64,000 nt of DNA, taken from the NCBI GenBank assembly GCA_040954595.2, contig CM082580.2, forward strand, positions 11,608,909-11,672,908, in the 5' to 3' direction. Within the stretch, counting starts at the first letter, position 1, and each line of letters starts with the position of its first letter. This document shows, piece after piece, positions 1-15,700 of the stretch. The translations under genes were made by a program, and so were the position numbers. This stretch comes from Balanoglossus misakiensis. Its lineage: Eukaryota > Animalia > Hemichordata. Under the pieces are notes generated by a model. The model was not told the origin of the DNA, did not search any database, and worked only from the letters and a program-made list of their open reading frames with translations.

Positions 1-3000
1 TGACTTTGAGGAAAGTACATGTGCCTGGCAGAATGACCTGAGTAACGATGATTTTGATTGGGTCAGACAGAGTGGGGGAACAACATCTACTGGAACTGGA
101 CCAAGTATTGATCATACCACTGGTACATCATCAGGTACGCTGTACAAAGAATGTGTTACATTTGAAAAACATTGTGACGAGAAGTTCTTCTAAAAACCGT
201 ACATCGCATGATCAAAGTGTATTGTCTATGGTTAGCATACCATATAATTAGGGTTATTCCTTCCAAGGACTTCTTAGGGACAACTGTCTTTCATTAAACA
301 GTTCAAAAATGGCATTAATCTGTGTTATCATTCCCAGGATATTATGTGTTCATTGAGACATCTTCACCCAGAGTTCCTGGTGAAGAAGCACAGTTTGTAA
401 GTGAATTGATGGACGCAACTCCAGGCAATGGTACCTGTCTTCACTTCTGGTATCACATGTACGGTCAAACTGTTGGCACATTGCAAGTTATTGTCAGACC
501 GTTGACTGGTTCAGATACGGATATTTGGATGGTGTCTGGTGATCAGGGCGACCAATGGCTGGAAGGACAAGTTAGGATCGACTCCAATGTTCAGTATCAG
601 GTAAGTTTAAAGATGTCATCGGGAGTAAATATAAAAAGTGAATTTCAGTTGTTAAATAATCCATGGAAAAGTACAAGTGAAATGATAAGATATTGTTAAA
701 GTGGGTGTTTTCTGCAAAAATGTGTTAATTCGTCATCCGAGGACAACCAAATGTTTGAAAAGGCAGAAGTAATCATAAAATCATTGTCTTATGCATATAC
801 TTCATTTATCCTAGGTTATATTTATTGGTATAGTTGGCAGTAGTTACACTGGTGATATTGCCTTGGATGACATACTGTTTGATGATGTGACTTGTCCAAC
901 ATTACCAAACGATGCAGTACCACCAACTCTACCACCGCCTATCCCAGGTAATGAATATGCTAAAACAGTTTTACTGTGCATTGACTGCTGGTGAATAGTT
1001 ATCTAAGAGCTCAGTAGAAATCTTCCTGCTTTTATTATCATGTATTCATGTTTTTGAGTGCTTGCATTATACACATAATTATTATTTATGTTTCAGGTGA
1101 TTGTGATTTTGAGATTGATACATGCACCTGGCAGAATGAACAGGGAAATGATGATTTTGATTGGGTGAGACAGAGTGGCGGAACATCGTCTACTGATACT
1201 GGACCAAGTGTTGATCATACAACTGGTACATCATCAGGTACGCATGTTACATTGTGTGGAGTTCTTCTGAGAAACCAACATCACAATATAAATGAAATCA
1301 TATTGTTTATGGTCAGCATACTATATAACGTTTCTTTGTCCAAGAACCATTTTAAAAATCAAGAAATACCCATGGTATGAAATCTCTGTTATCATTCCCA
1401 GGATATTATGTGTACATTGAGACATCTTCACCCAGAATTCCTGGTGAAGAAGCAGAGTTTGTAAGTGAATTGATGGACGCAACTCCAGGCAATGGTACCT
1501 GTCTTCACTTCTGGTATCACATGTACGGTCAAACTGTTGGCACTTTGCAAGTTGTTGTCAGACCATTGACTGGTTCAGATACGGATATTTGGATGGTGTC
1601 TGGTGATCAGGGCGACCAATGGCTGGAAGGACAAGTGACAATAAACTCAGATGTTCAGTACCAGGTAAGACACTGTAACATGGAAAGTGTTAAAAAAACT
1701 CAAGTACTCAAGTATGCGTATGTTTTCCTGATAAACAGTGCTTATCTTTAAGTGTTGATTTTGTTTGTTTGTTTCAGGTGGTATTTGTTGGTACAGTTGG
1801 CAATAGTTTTACTGGAGATATTGCTTTGGATGACATAGAGTTTAACATTGGAGCTTGTCCAATAATAGTGCCAGGTAAGTGACTATTTCATACGTAATTT
1901 GTTGCTTGGGGTCGCTAGTACAGTTTAACAGTTACTGTAATGGAAACATTGAAAAATAATTATCTGTAAGATTTAAAGTGGTGAAGAAAATTATTCTTTT
2001 GGTTTTTTCAGGTAATTGTGACTTTGAGGTTGATCTGTGTACCTGGCAGAATGACTTGAGCAACGATGATTTTGATTGGGTCAGACAGAGTGGGGGAACA
2101 ATATCTACTGGAACTGGACCAAGTGTTGATCATACCACTGGTACATCATCAGGTACGCATGTTACATTGTGTGAAGTTCTTCTGAGAAACACAACATCAC
2201 AATATAAATGAAATCATATTGTTTATGGTCGGCATACTGTATAACGTTTCTTAGTCCAAGAACCATTTTAAAAATCAAGAAATACCCATGGTATGAAATC
2301 TCTGTTAACATTCCCAGGATATTATGTGTACATTGAGACATCGTCACCCAGACTTCCTGGTGAAGAGGCACAGTTTGTAAGTGAATTGATGGACGCAACT
2401 CCAGGCAATGGTACCTGTCTTCACTTCTGGTATCACATGTACGGTCAAACTGTTGGCACTTTGCAAGTTGTTGTCAGACCAGTGTTTGGGTCAGATATGG
2501 ATATTTGGATGGTGTCTGGTGATCAGGGCGACCAATGGCTGGAAGGACAAGTTAGGATCGACTCCAATGTTCAGTATCAGGTAAGACTGTTTGTGGTAAT
2601 GGAAAACCGTTTTTAACAACTGTGTGTCGATTGTTTTGAACTCACAGAAGCAAAAGAAAGAGAGAAGTTCTGATTTTTGCTTTGTTTATTTTAGGTGGTA
2701 TTCACTGGTGTAGTTGGCAGTAGTTTCACTGGTGATATTGCCTTGGATGATATGCTGTTTGATCATGTGACTTGCCCAACATTACCAAACGATGCAGGTC
2801 CCACGCTACCACCTGTAACAGCAGGTAATGGTGATTATTTTTTCTTTAACTTGCTACCGAGGATTTACTTAAATGAAAAATAAGTCGTGTACTGATTTTT
2901 TGCATCACTAAGTATCAGTGAATGTCCAGTAAACAAATTTGTCTAGACATGACATGACAGAGATATTCTTGTATTTCAGGTGATTGTGACTTTGAGGCTG

Positions 3001-3762
3001 ATACTTGTTCCTGGCAGAATGAACAGGGAAGTGATGATTTTGATTGGGTCAGGCAGAGTGGTGGAACTGTATCTACCGGCACTGGACCAAGTATTGATCA
3101 TACCACTGGAACATCATCAGGTACGCTGTAGAAAGCACAGTGACAGCTTTCTCATTAGTGATATATTTTCAAACTACTACATTAAACCATGTGACAATTA
3201 TTCGTTTCACATCTTGTTTTAAGGTTATTATGTATATATTGAGACATCCTCACCAAGATTCCCCGGAGAAGAAGCAGATTTTGTCAGTGGACTTCAGGAT
3301 ATAACACCAGATAGTGGTGTCTGTCTTCACTTCTGGTATCACATGTACGGTCAAACTGTGGGCACTTTGCAAGTTGTTATCAGACCATTAACTGGTTCAG
3401 ATACGGACATTTGGTTGATATCTGGTGATCGGGGCGACCAATGGCTGGAAGGACAAGTTAGAATTGACTCCAATGTTCAATACAGGGTAAGATCAATTAC
3501 AGTTTTAAAGGCACAACTCACAATTTTTTTGCTGTTTATATTTAAGTTTCTGATGCATGCATATATGGGTAGAATGGACGGACAGAAGAAAGAGATGCTG
3601 ATCTTGTTTGTGTTCTGATTATTTACTTCAGGTCGTATTTGTTGGAGTTGTTGGAAGTAGCTTTACTGGTGACATTGCCTTGGATGATATCAGCTTTGAT
3701 AATGTAACATGTCCAACATTACCAAGTGATGCAGCTCCAACAGCTGTGCCTCCAACCCCAGG
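1..3762 (+). repeat. Four recently duplicated ~0.9-1.1 kb three-exon MAM cassettes
   Basis: The middle exons at ~339, 1402 and 2318 are near-identical ([29 protein letters not shown]), with a more diverged copy at ~3224. Introns 1238-1401 and 2153-2317 are also near-identical. Confidence 0.85.
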
Positions 3763-6700
3763 TAATGAGACTTGATTGTTTTTATCTCTTCATCTCTTTT
3801 AATCCCTTCAGTTGTAGATAGAATTGTTCTATTGACAATTAATCCTATCACCATCATGGTTCAGTCCAAACCCATATTGTTTTCTATGGGTAAGGTTGAA
3901 CCTCTAAAGAGGGAACTGGGGTTAACAGAAAGTGGTCAACATCCATTGAGAGATACTTGAAGATAACTATTGAGATGGCAAATCCATGTACTGCACTGGT
4001 TTGACTCCACTTTTCGTCTCCACCACAGGTCCTTTTGACTGTGACTTTGAAGGAGGAAGTCTCTGTAGTTCGTGGAGCCAAGCCAGCGATGACGACTTTG
4101 ATTGGACATGGAGCACAGGCAGTACACCATCTACCAGCACGGGACCATCGATTGACCATACAACTGGCACAGGTAGGTGCATTTGCATATTTGTGTTTGG
4201 TAGCAACAGTACAACATAGTCATACTTTACAATAAATGGTTTTCTGCCAGTTGCGAGATCCCGCGAGACTTGGCTATAATAACCATAGCATAGGGATGCT
4301 GGCCAACTATTACAAGTCAGGCTTTGTATGAAGCTATAGAATTTAACAACACTTTTGTGCTATTTAACAAGATGGGTGATTAGGCACAATTGGACATTTT
4401 AATTTTTTTATAAACAGATCAAGGTGGTTACGTTTTCATTGAGAGTTCCAGTCCGCGAATAGAAAATGACACGGCCCGTATTGAGAGCGTTGTAGTATCC
4501 AACACTGGTAGCCAGTGCCTTCAGTTCTGGTATCACATGTATGGCCCAGATGTAGGCACTTTAAACGTCTATGTTCAAGAGAATGGCGTGAGAGGCAATG
4601 CTGTGTGGACTCGAAAAGGAACCCATGGTGATATGTGGCACTATGGGTATTATAATGTACCAACTCTCAACTCCTTCCAGGTAAGTCAAAGTTGCAGCAT
4701 AGTACAGTATTGATAATATGACGTCACAGACTGAGATGATAGAAGTCATTACTGGTAGTGTTTCAGATTTTCATCACATGGACATGCTCATTTTTCTCTT
4801 GATTGCAAGAATGTTATGTTGTATAATAATGTTGTGTGAAAAATAATTAAACAGACCCTATATGTCTTACTGTGATCTGTTCACAGATTGTATTTGAAGG
4901 TATCAGAGGCATAGATTACCGTGGCGACATAGCTCTTGATGACATCACGTTGTCATCTGGTTTGTGTCAGATACCAGCTAGTGTAGACTGTGACTTTGAA
5001 GATGACCACATCTGTGGGTACAGTCAGGATAGCACTGATGATTTTGACTGGAGTCGTGGCAGTGGAGATACACTCAGTAATAACACAGGACCATCATATG
5101 ATCACACTTATGGCACTGGCAAAGGTGGGGTCATACCTGTTGTGAAATCCTCTTGGGTTTTATAGTGTAATTAACCAATGTTTTGATAAAGCAACCAGAA
5201 AATCAGAATGGCGAAACCCTACCGAAGTCCCTGTGTACACAAAAAGTGTAGAGTGGAGATACATGTACTAGCTGATGTAATGTTTCCAATGATGTTGGTT
5301 AATTTTATTGGCCATGTTGAGTGCATCTATAAGTTTCATATTTTATTTATCATAATTATACCAGGTATTAAAGTAATGTCTGCTGTTATGGTTTCCAGAG
5401 TTTTGAAATAATATATTTTGAATTGCATGTGCATCATTTTTGCAGGTCACTATATGTACATAGAAGCATCATCGCCCAGATTGGCCGGAGATGTGGCCAG
5501 ACTGATGACCGCAAGCCAACCAACCACCTCTGGTCAGTGTTTGAAATTCTGGTATCATATGTACGGCAGCAACGTTGGTAGTCTCAATGTGTACACAATG
5601 AGTGGAAACCAGATGGGTCCGTTGTTGCTGACCGTTCAAGGCAATCAGGGAGACATGTGGTGGAATGCGCAGGCTACCGTCAGTTCCATGTCATCTTTCC
5701 AGGTGAGATTCTTTATGGTCAACTTTGCAATTTCTAGCCTTTAAGGTCTTAAGAAATCAAGAAGATGGAATCCAATTGGAGCTTTTGTTATCACTATATT
5801 GCATGATGTGGTGAAATTGTTACACCCAGAAAAAAACTTAAAGGTTGAGTTCTTATCATGTCAGAGGGAAGTCTGTATATGTATGTACATGTACATGTAC
5901 TTTTGGTAATTTCTGTCCACCTATTGTAAAGTGAACATTCTGACCAGACCTGAACGTTTGACCATTGCTGATTCAGATAGTCTTTGAAGGAATAGTTGGA
6001 GGAAGCTATTCGGGCGATATAGCGATCGATGATGTGGAAATATCAGATGGTGCCTGTCAATCGACTGGTGATTGTAGTTTTGAAGGAGCCTCGACCTGCG
6101 TGTGGAGCAACGCTGGTAGTGGCGACGACTTTGATTGGTTGTTGGGACAAGGTGCCACCAATAGCGACTTCACTGGACCCTCTGTAGATCACACCTTAGG
6201 CACAGATCAAGGTAATCCTAAACATGTTTGATTTGATCTAATCAGGCTGATGTAATTCTGGGTGAAAATATTCTCTAAAATCCTCGGACAAAAAATAAAA
6301 AAATAGAAGCAGATTTCGTGGGCAGAGTTTTGTATGTAAGTATACATCCAGTAAATGTTCTCAGTGACATTAATTCATGTATCTCGTTGAATCTTGACTA
6401 TTTTCAGGTTATTATGTATTCATTGAGACGTCTGCACCCAGAGTGCAAGGGGATGTGGCCATCCTTGAAAGTCAGAAGTTGAACCCCACAGACAGTAGAG
6501 GCATATGTCTTAACTTCTGGTACCATATGTATGGCTCCCAGATAGGTATGTTTTTGTCTCAACACTGCTTCTGCCCGTTTATGTTATACCCAGGTAAAAA
6601 AATTCTAAAAAGTCAAGTGACTTTTCCATTCCTTGACTCCTGCCTATCATTTGTGTGTTACAGGAACCCTGAACGTGTGGTTGAGGACAAGTAGCAGTAA

Positions 6701-9700
6701 TCAGATAGTGATATGGACACAGAGTGGGGATAAAGGGGACGTGTGGAACCCTGGCAGGGTGCCGTTTGTTTCCACTGGCTCTTCTTACCAGGTAAAGTGA
6801 CTTATATTCTGCAGGCCTGTCAGGTGATGATCGTGGCACTTTGGTGAAGTTTGTGCATCCATCATATTGCATGCCTGAACCGTGATGGTTAACCCACGGC
6901 TAGATTTATAAACAAATGATTTTGGTCTAATAAACAGCCCACGGCTTCCTAATATCTTTTTCAGATTATATTTCAAGGCGTATGTGGAGATGGTCACACG
7001 GGGGACATCGCCATCGACGACATCTACTTCACAACTGGTGGCTGTTCAATTCAACCACCAGTAGCCACTCCAGCACCTGTGACGCCTGCAGTGCCAACAA
7101 CACAACTTACAACAATGTCAGGCACCTACCGTAAGTTACTGACGTCGAGTCTGACCAGCCACGATTGTCTATTTGCCAGAAGTTGCTGTACTTTTGGCTT
7201 TCTGGTTACTGTATGAATCTTACTGATTCCAGCATAATTTAATGTATGTTCATTTGTGTCTAATCTTTAGCACCAACACAATGGGACTGTAATTTTGAGA
7301 CCAGTTTCTGCAGTTGGTTGCAAGCCACTGATGATGAATTTGATTGGACCAGACAACAGGGCTCCACAGTGTCTGTGGACACCGGACCAGCCATTGACCA
7401 CACCACTGGCACAGGTAATGTCAGATGAGTGAATGTTAAAACAACTGATGTAAATAATGACCACGATTGTGCCATTACATAAAAAGCTCACATCCTATGT
7501 CATGATTAAAAACAGTATGTATAGAACATGCACATCCTGCAAATCAATATTTGTGTAGATGGTGTATTGTCAGATTTAGGCATTGTTTTTGCGTAATTGT
7601 GTTTAAACAATATAAAGATAATATATTGCATACAGAAGGAAGTAGCCACCATGTAATAGGATAGGAATAGGGATGCAGACTAATTAAAATTCAACATAAC
7701 TTTGCAAGAGGAACAAAAAATGCCAAGGACGATCCGGGCAGGATATGGGCAACTGTAGTTCTGATAGCACGGCAGCGTTTACTTTCTCATTTCAGGACAA
7801 GGGTGGTATGTCTACATTGAAACGTCAAACCCCAGAGCGGCCAATGACAAAGCCAGACTGGAAAGCACAACTGTGCCAGCTGGAAGTGTTCATTGTTTGA
7901 GATTCTGGTATCATATGTACGGGGCGCATATTGAGTCACTTAGTGTGTACTTGAAGACTTCTGGTGGTCTTGGCAGTGCTGTATGGACTAGAACTGGTGG
8001 CATTGATAATGTGTGGCACTTTGGTGAATTAACGGTGACAAAACCACAGTCTTTCCAGGTGAGGTTATTGGAAAAGTAATAACATTTACCGGTACATGAT
8101 TGAAGCATAACTGGTCCAGTCACCATCCAATAATATCTCTTTGTGTAAGGTTAATGACAATTAATGTCATTAGAGTTGTGTGCATCATACTCTTGCAGAT
8201 TGTATTTGAAGGTGTGCGTGGAACAGACTACCAAGGTGACATTGCTCTTGATGATATATCACTGATCGATGGGCAGTGTCCGTCTATCTGTAAGTGGACA
8301 TGAAGTTTTTTATAAGTTGTCTATTCTAAGTCAACTGACAAGCAATTTTTATACTTGGCTGGTCTTAACTTAGAGCTCTTCATCAACATGATAAGTAATC
8401 AAGCCATAGTTTGTCTGGCGCAAGAAAATAATTATTTTCACTTTGTATACAGCTGGTTTGACATGTAACTTTGAAAGTGACCAATGTGGTTTGATCAATG
8501 ATGGTCTGGACACCTTTGATTGGCTGCTTTCCCAAGGCAGTACAATGACACCTGGCACTGGCCCATCTGTGGATCACACTCTGGGTACTTCCTTTGGTAA
8601 GCCCCCTTTTTTTCCAAGTGGTAATTTTACTTTCAAAATGTTAGGTAGTATTGTGTTCACTGGTGTGTGATATTTTGGATTTTTTTCTGAGTTTCCTTTG
8701 TTATTTCTGGTGGTGTTCATATCAAAAGTATTTGGTGAAAAACAATTTCTCTTTTGATAGGTTACTACATGTATGCAGATGTCACCAATCAAGCTGTTGG
8801 AAGCCATGCCCGACTGATCACACCCAACCACGTGGCGAGCAGCGGCAGTTGTCTGAACTTCTGGTATCACATGTACGGACCAGACGTCGGCTATCTGACT
8901 GTCTATCTGACAACAACGCTTGGCGAGCAGAAGATCTGGCAGAAGTGGTTCGATCAAGGTGACCAATGGTTTTTGGGACAGGCATCTGTGACCAGTAGTG
9001 AACAGTTTCAGGTATACAGACTCTCATTATGGGTCATCCCCTTTCAAATACAATGTCATCAAAATGAAAGGGTAACTTAATGTCTGGTTTTGTAAAACAC
9101 AGAAGGTTAATTTATCGCCTTTCACAATCTACACGCAACATTCAGATTGCCTTTGAGGCCAGCCACCAAGTTTCATCTGGTGACCAGGGTGACATAGCTA
9201 TCGACGACATCGTCCTGGATACCAGTGGAGCTTGCCCGGAACCTGGTGATTGCAACTTTGACGTGGATACCTGCACGTGGACCAACATACAGGGCGATGA
9301 CTTTGACTGGGTCAGACAGACTGGTCCAACAGCCAGCTCAAGCACTGGTCCAGGCAGAGATCATACATCTGGAACAGGTATATATATTGAATATATGTTA
9401 TGATCTTCCTGTTCAATATGCTGTATTGGCCCTAACAACTTCCAGCTGTGAACCTGTGCACCTGAAAATTCTAACTGAAATTCATAATTTTAAATGACCA
9501 ATATCTATCCCTAAAGGGGTGGTGGTTAACAAACTCTAACTCACTCTATTCCATTCTTAATGATCTGAGGGGGCTTGTCAGAAATTTAGCATTCAATATT
9601 CAACATTTGGTGGTTACTTTTGTTGTTTAATACACATGCAGGATACTACATGTATGTGGAAACATCAAGTCCAAGAACCCCAGGTGATATTACAGTGCTT

Positions 9701-12700
9701 GTGAGTGAAGAATTTCCTCCAACTGACACTCAAGGATTGTGTATGCATTTTTGGTAAGCTATATCTGCCCTTTGGTACAGTGTTAGTTTACTATTAAAAC
9801 CAGTTGTGTCCTTTTCATCAGCAAGATTAGGTAAATACAATGTACATGTATGTGTTCCCTCCAGTGTGTCTTGATGCAGTACCAGGCTATTGTTTTTTTC
9901 AGGTACCACATGTATGGAACTACCATGGGGGTTTTTAACATCTACATTGACACTGGGACACTCAGCAGCCCAAACAGGGACCTTCTTTGGCGGTTGTCAA
10001 GTGATCAAGACAACTACTGGTTCAGTGGACAGGTTCCTGTGGACAGCACCACCGGTCCTTACAGAGTAGGTCATCATAAAAAAAATGCTGGCCTCTGCAT
10101 GGCATGCCTCTGCTTCAAGCGTATTTGCGTAGCAACTTGGATTAGAGAAGTAAATTGTCTGGTTCACGTTCAAAAATGAACAATGTCTAATAAGATCATG
10201 ACGTTCTTGAAGACATTATGCAAACTTACATGACGTGCATTAAATCAGAATATGTGCAAAAGATGAACTTCAGATTAAAACAATCGCTCTTCTCATTTGT
10301 AGATGGTGTTTGAAGGCATTGTGGGTAGCAGTTACTATGGCGATATTGCTATCGATGATGTCAGTTTCACGGTCGGCATGTGTAATGTACAGCCTGTGGA
10401 GGCCATCCCAGTTTTGGTTCCAACAATACCAGTTGTGACATCACCACCAATGACAACATTGCCAATTTATCGTAAGTACCGGTATAAGCTCATTCAGTTT
10501 GGATATGAAAGTGTCCGCAGCTTTCTGATTCCCATCTCTTGAATTCATGATTTTTGAATGTTGGTATTGTCTTCAACATTTTTAGCACCATCATATTGGG
10601 ACTGCAATTTTGAGTCGGGTCTGTGCAGCTGGACTCAGGCAACGGATGATGACTTTGAATGGGTCAGAGCTCAAGGCCCCACTGGTACAACAACTACTGG
10701 ACCGGTAACAGACCACACCACAGGCACTGGTAATGGAGACTCTCAAACAGAAGATTTTTCAGTGCAAAAAGTGTTTTTGATCATAACTGGTGACAGTTTT
10801 GTGACTTGGGTATAAGAATCTCCACAAATTTAAAATGGCATAATTTGTCAAAGGAGAAGGAGAAGATTAATGTGTTTTATTTTTATTGATTAAAATATGT
10901 TGAAAGTGGCAGCTATTTGGACTTTACCAAATTCAAGAGAGTGATTTATAATTTGTTTTCCTGGATTTCAATGCCTGCACAGATCAAGGCTGGTATGTGT
11001 ACATTGAAGCCAACAACAAGAACGAGAATGATGCAGCTCGTCTCGAAAGTGCCGTCATACCATCGACGTCACAGAGTTGTTTGATCTTCTACTACCATAT
11101 GTACGGCACCCACATCAACACACTGAATGTCTACCTCAAGAAGAACAGCCAGTTAGGACCGGCAGTTTGGACCAGGAGTGGAACGGATGAGAATGACTGG
11201 AAATATGCACAGGCCTGGATTACATCCACTACTTCATATCAGGTTAGATTTGCGGACTTCGTGACTGGATAACATTGCTTTTTTTTCTGCCTGCTTTTCT
11301 CATCTTCTCTCTCCCAAGGATATAGTTCTACCATATTACATGTCACCTTTTTTGTTTTCAGATTGTATTTGAAGGCACGACTGGAGATGGCATCAGAGGT
11401 GACATAGCATTAGATGATGTTTTACTGGTTGATGGAGAATGTCCAACTCCACGTAAGTCACTCAGTCATCAAATCAGTGTTCCCTCCCCCCCCCCCCCTC
11501 AAAAGCGAGAAACAGATTTTTAATGTATTTTACTTTACACAGCTTATCACAGTTTTGAATGTGAGTTTGAGGACTACCACCTGTGCGACTGGAGACAAGA
11601 ATCTGACGATGATTTCGATTGGACGTGGGGGAGTGGCTCAACTGTCACACCTGGAACTGGCCCTTCAGTGGATCACACCACAGGCACTGATCAAGGTCAG
11701 TTTATTAACAGTTTGTTCTTTGTCTTCAGGGAAAAAAGCACAGCAATTAAAACAATAATTGTCCAAACAGACTCAGATGGGTGAGTCTCATCATGCAGTA
11801 GGTCATCCTTAAAAGTCAATTATACATCCATAACGTTCTTAAGAATATTATATTCCAGTGAAGATCATGTAATCTTCAAATCCCGGAAAGTCCTGGTTCA
11901 TGTCAAAAGACGGTGTTGATGGCATCCACCTTTTATCTGTACCGGTATATGCATCTGAATTTTTCAGGTCATTATTTGTACGTTGATGCGTCTTCACAAA
12001 AACTGGGTGATAGGGCCAGAGTGAAGACTGGACTGTATCAATGGCCAGACAGCTCAACTGTCAAGTGTGTCAACTTCTACTATCATTTCTATGGTGATCA
12101 CATCGGCACTTTTGGCGTCTACAAAGATGTAAGTCGGGATTTCTACAAAACCACTGCAAGGGGTTGAATATTTTGCTCAAGTGACTTTTCCCATACAAGT
12201 GTTTAAAATATCAATGTTGATTGTATAGCCATTTCAAAATCATCTGATATCATCTGGTCTGTTCTCATGCAGTTGATGGCCAATGGTCAAACTAGTCGTG
12301 TCTTCATCGGTCAAATCACTGGCCTCACACTGGGTGACAACTGGGTCTTGGCGCAGTTTCCGATCTACTCCTTTGAAAGCAGGAACATCAGCATTGTCTT
12401 TGAAGCCACAGTTGGCAATGGTGCAGAAGGTGACATGGCAATTGATGATCTGTTTATCATTGACGGAGCGTGCCCAACTAGAGGTATGGATGCACTGTGA
12501 TTCAATAGCCAGTGTGTGATGTTTTTTTTTTAGATTAACATTCACTGTGCATTGTCATTTATGATCAAATTTCGTTGTTTTTTCTAGGTTCCAGTGACTT
12601 TGAAAATGGGGTAGGGATGTGGTATAACATCGATGACTATAGAGTGGATGATTTCGATTGGATCATTGGTTCCGGCAGAAGTAATGTTGCATTCACAGGC

Positions 12701-15700
12701 CCGGCTACAGATCATACGTTGGGCACCATTGATGGTAAGATGGTAAATTGACAGTATGATAGCATGATTGATGGTGCTTGGGGGGTAATTCCAGTCTTCA
12801 CCTGATTATTTTTCAAACCCTTGAACAGGACACTACGGACTGATCGACGTCAATGGGTATCGGAAAGGTGACCTGGCCAGGCTCCAGAGTGTGCCACTGT
12901 CCAACGTCAACCGGTGCATGACGTTCTGGTACCACATGTTCGGAGAGGAGATTGGCCAACTCAAGGTCTACATGAAAAGTGAAGTCAGTCAGCTGGAATT
13001 GCTTCTCTGGAAGTTAGTGGGTGAACAGAACGACCAAGACACTTGGATGTCTGCACAGATACCGTTTGTAGCAAACGGTGATCCTTACTCGGTCAGTTCT
13101 TTATGTTCCTTCCTGTGTCTTTTTACCGACAGTTCCATATGTTTTACTCATTAATATCATTCTTTTGAACCCAACTTGATGTGTCTACTAGTGTTTGAGA
13201 TCAACAGAGATCATTTGATTCCCTAGCTGTCACATCAATATTAATGTATCATCCTTCTTGTGATTTCAGATAATATTTGAAGGCGTCGAAGGATCCGGGG
13301 AACTTGGAGACATCGCCATCGACGACATCGTCATTCTGGAAAACCAGCTGTGCGAGCTGAAGCCCGAGTATGCCGATCCGACCATTAATCCGTCTGCCGA
13401 CATATCGTGTGATTTTGAAAATGATTTCTGCGGTTGGATGCAAGAAGTTGAGGACGACTTTGACTGGAGTCGACAGAAGGGAACGACCTCAACTTTGTAC
13501 ACTGGTCCTCAATTTGATCATACCACTGGAACAGGTCCGTGAATTATTTCATTTACGGAAACGACACATGCTCCAAAATGGAATTGTTTTCCTATAATTA
13601 TGACCAGAATTTGATTTAGCCATAGATTTTGGCATGTGTATTCAGGTGTATAACAATACTCACAGATTTATCTAAGCTTGAAAAAGATGTAATAACTATT
13701 TTTAATGATTACAGGATATTACATCTACATTGAGACCTCCACACCAAACTTTGAAGGCGACAAGGCTTTGTTGGTGACTGAAGGTTTACCAGCCACTGGA
13801 CCCAACGGTAACTGTTTCTCGTTCTGGTATCACATGTACGGAATTGATGTCGAGGCTCTGGATGTGTACATCAAACTGGTTGGACAGTCCTACAGCAGTC
13901 TCATCTACCGCCGGGAGGGTAGCTATGGCAACGAGTGGCGATACGCCCAGCGAACCATCCAGAGCGACTTTGATTTCAGGATCATTTTGGAGGCTGTGGT
14001 CGGAGAGAGTGTGTACGGTGACGTGGCTTTGGATGATATCATGTATACAACTGGCCCATGCAGTATTACTCGTAAGTCTGTTATGATCATGATGCCCACC
14101 TGTGGCATATTTCTGTTTTGTTCTTTATAACACAATAAAGCTGCTTGAACACCAGATTAACGCACCACTCTTCTACCACCAAGGTTCCTCTAATAGGTAC
14201 TAAATTTTTCTATATGCTGATGTTTCCTATTGCAGCTGGTTACTGTGATTTTGAAGCTGACATGTGTGAGTGGACAACGGGTACCACTGGGAATTTTGAT
14301 TGGATTAGACAGAGTAACAGCACGTCACTTCTTGGTATCAATAATGATGGGCCTCTGTTTGACCACACCACTGATTCTGGCACAGGTATTTAGAAGATCT
14401 TTTGAGATGAGAGAAAATTAGATAAGGTGATGAAAAATTATACCACTTACACAATCAAAAGAGGATGTTTATTGGAATGTAAAATCTTGGTTTTATATGT
14501 CAGAGTCACTGTTTCGCAAGTGTCAGATTTTGCCACTTGCATTTTTTTGTACCATGTACATACCACGTGATGCAGATACATGTATGTTCATAGCAACCAT
14601 TTTATTTGTCTAGGTTACTATGTGTTCTCCTCCATGTCTGCGCCACAAATCCGCGGCGACACCTCCAGTCTCATCAGCACCACCTACCCTGGAAACGCCA
14701 TAGGCGATTGTTTAGAGTTTTGGTACCACATGCACAGTGATGCCAGCAACGGGCGGGGATCGGGAACACTGACTGTTTCCTACCAAAGCACTGGCCTTCC
14801 CACTGTCCTCTGGAGTAAAACTGGTGATCAGGGTGACATTTGGCGATACGGAGCTGTGTCTGTTAATAGTCTGTATAACTACCAGGTGAGGTGACTGTCT
14901 TGTAGTGATATATTGAAGAGATTTTTGAGACAGTTTTAAGGTGATATTGACTTGGTTACAAGTTATGATATGTCTTCTGTTTTTGAAATGTTATTTATCA
15001 GCAAATAAAGGATGCAGTAAAAAGGCACTTTCCCGAAACACATTTGAATATTCTTAATTTTTTAGATCGTCTTCGAAGCCAAAGTGGAGCAAGTAGGAAG
15101 TGCAGATGTATCCCTTGATGACATCAGTATAACATCAGGACAGTGTCCACCTGCAGGTGAGTACTGCTTCTTAAACCCTTTCACCATCATGGTTTCGTCT
15201 AAATCCATTGTTGTCTAACTTGCTTAATCATATGATTCATCCTGATAGGATTCTGTGACTTTGAAGACGGTTTCTGTTCGTGGACCAATCCAAAACCAGT
15301 TGAAGGAATGGATGATTTCAATTGGATGAGAGGACAGGGAGGCACAGCTACTGGATACACAGGGCCGTCTTTTGATCACACCACAGGAACTGACAAAGGT
15401 TTGGCTTTAGAGATTTTTTATTGTTTTCATCAGATGTAAAATGTGACACTCATGTTTGTGTACACCTTCTTGGAATATCAGGTGTTGTGTACAGATGATG
15501 CTAGAATTCTAGTATTGCAAAGGAAGTGTTTTCAGAATGTTTTTTTTTCAATTCTTTTCAGGTTATTTTGTCTTCTTTGAGTCATCCAAAACGGCGGCTG
15601 GAGAGACAGCCTGGTTGATGAGTGAACATTTCAGTCCAACTACAGGTTCCTGTCTGACGTTCTGGTATCACATGTACGGTGAAAGTAAGTCTGTGGCACT

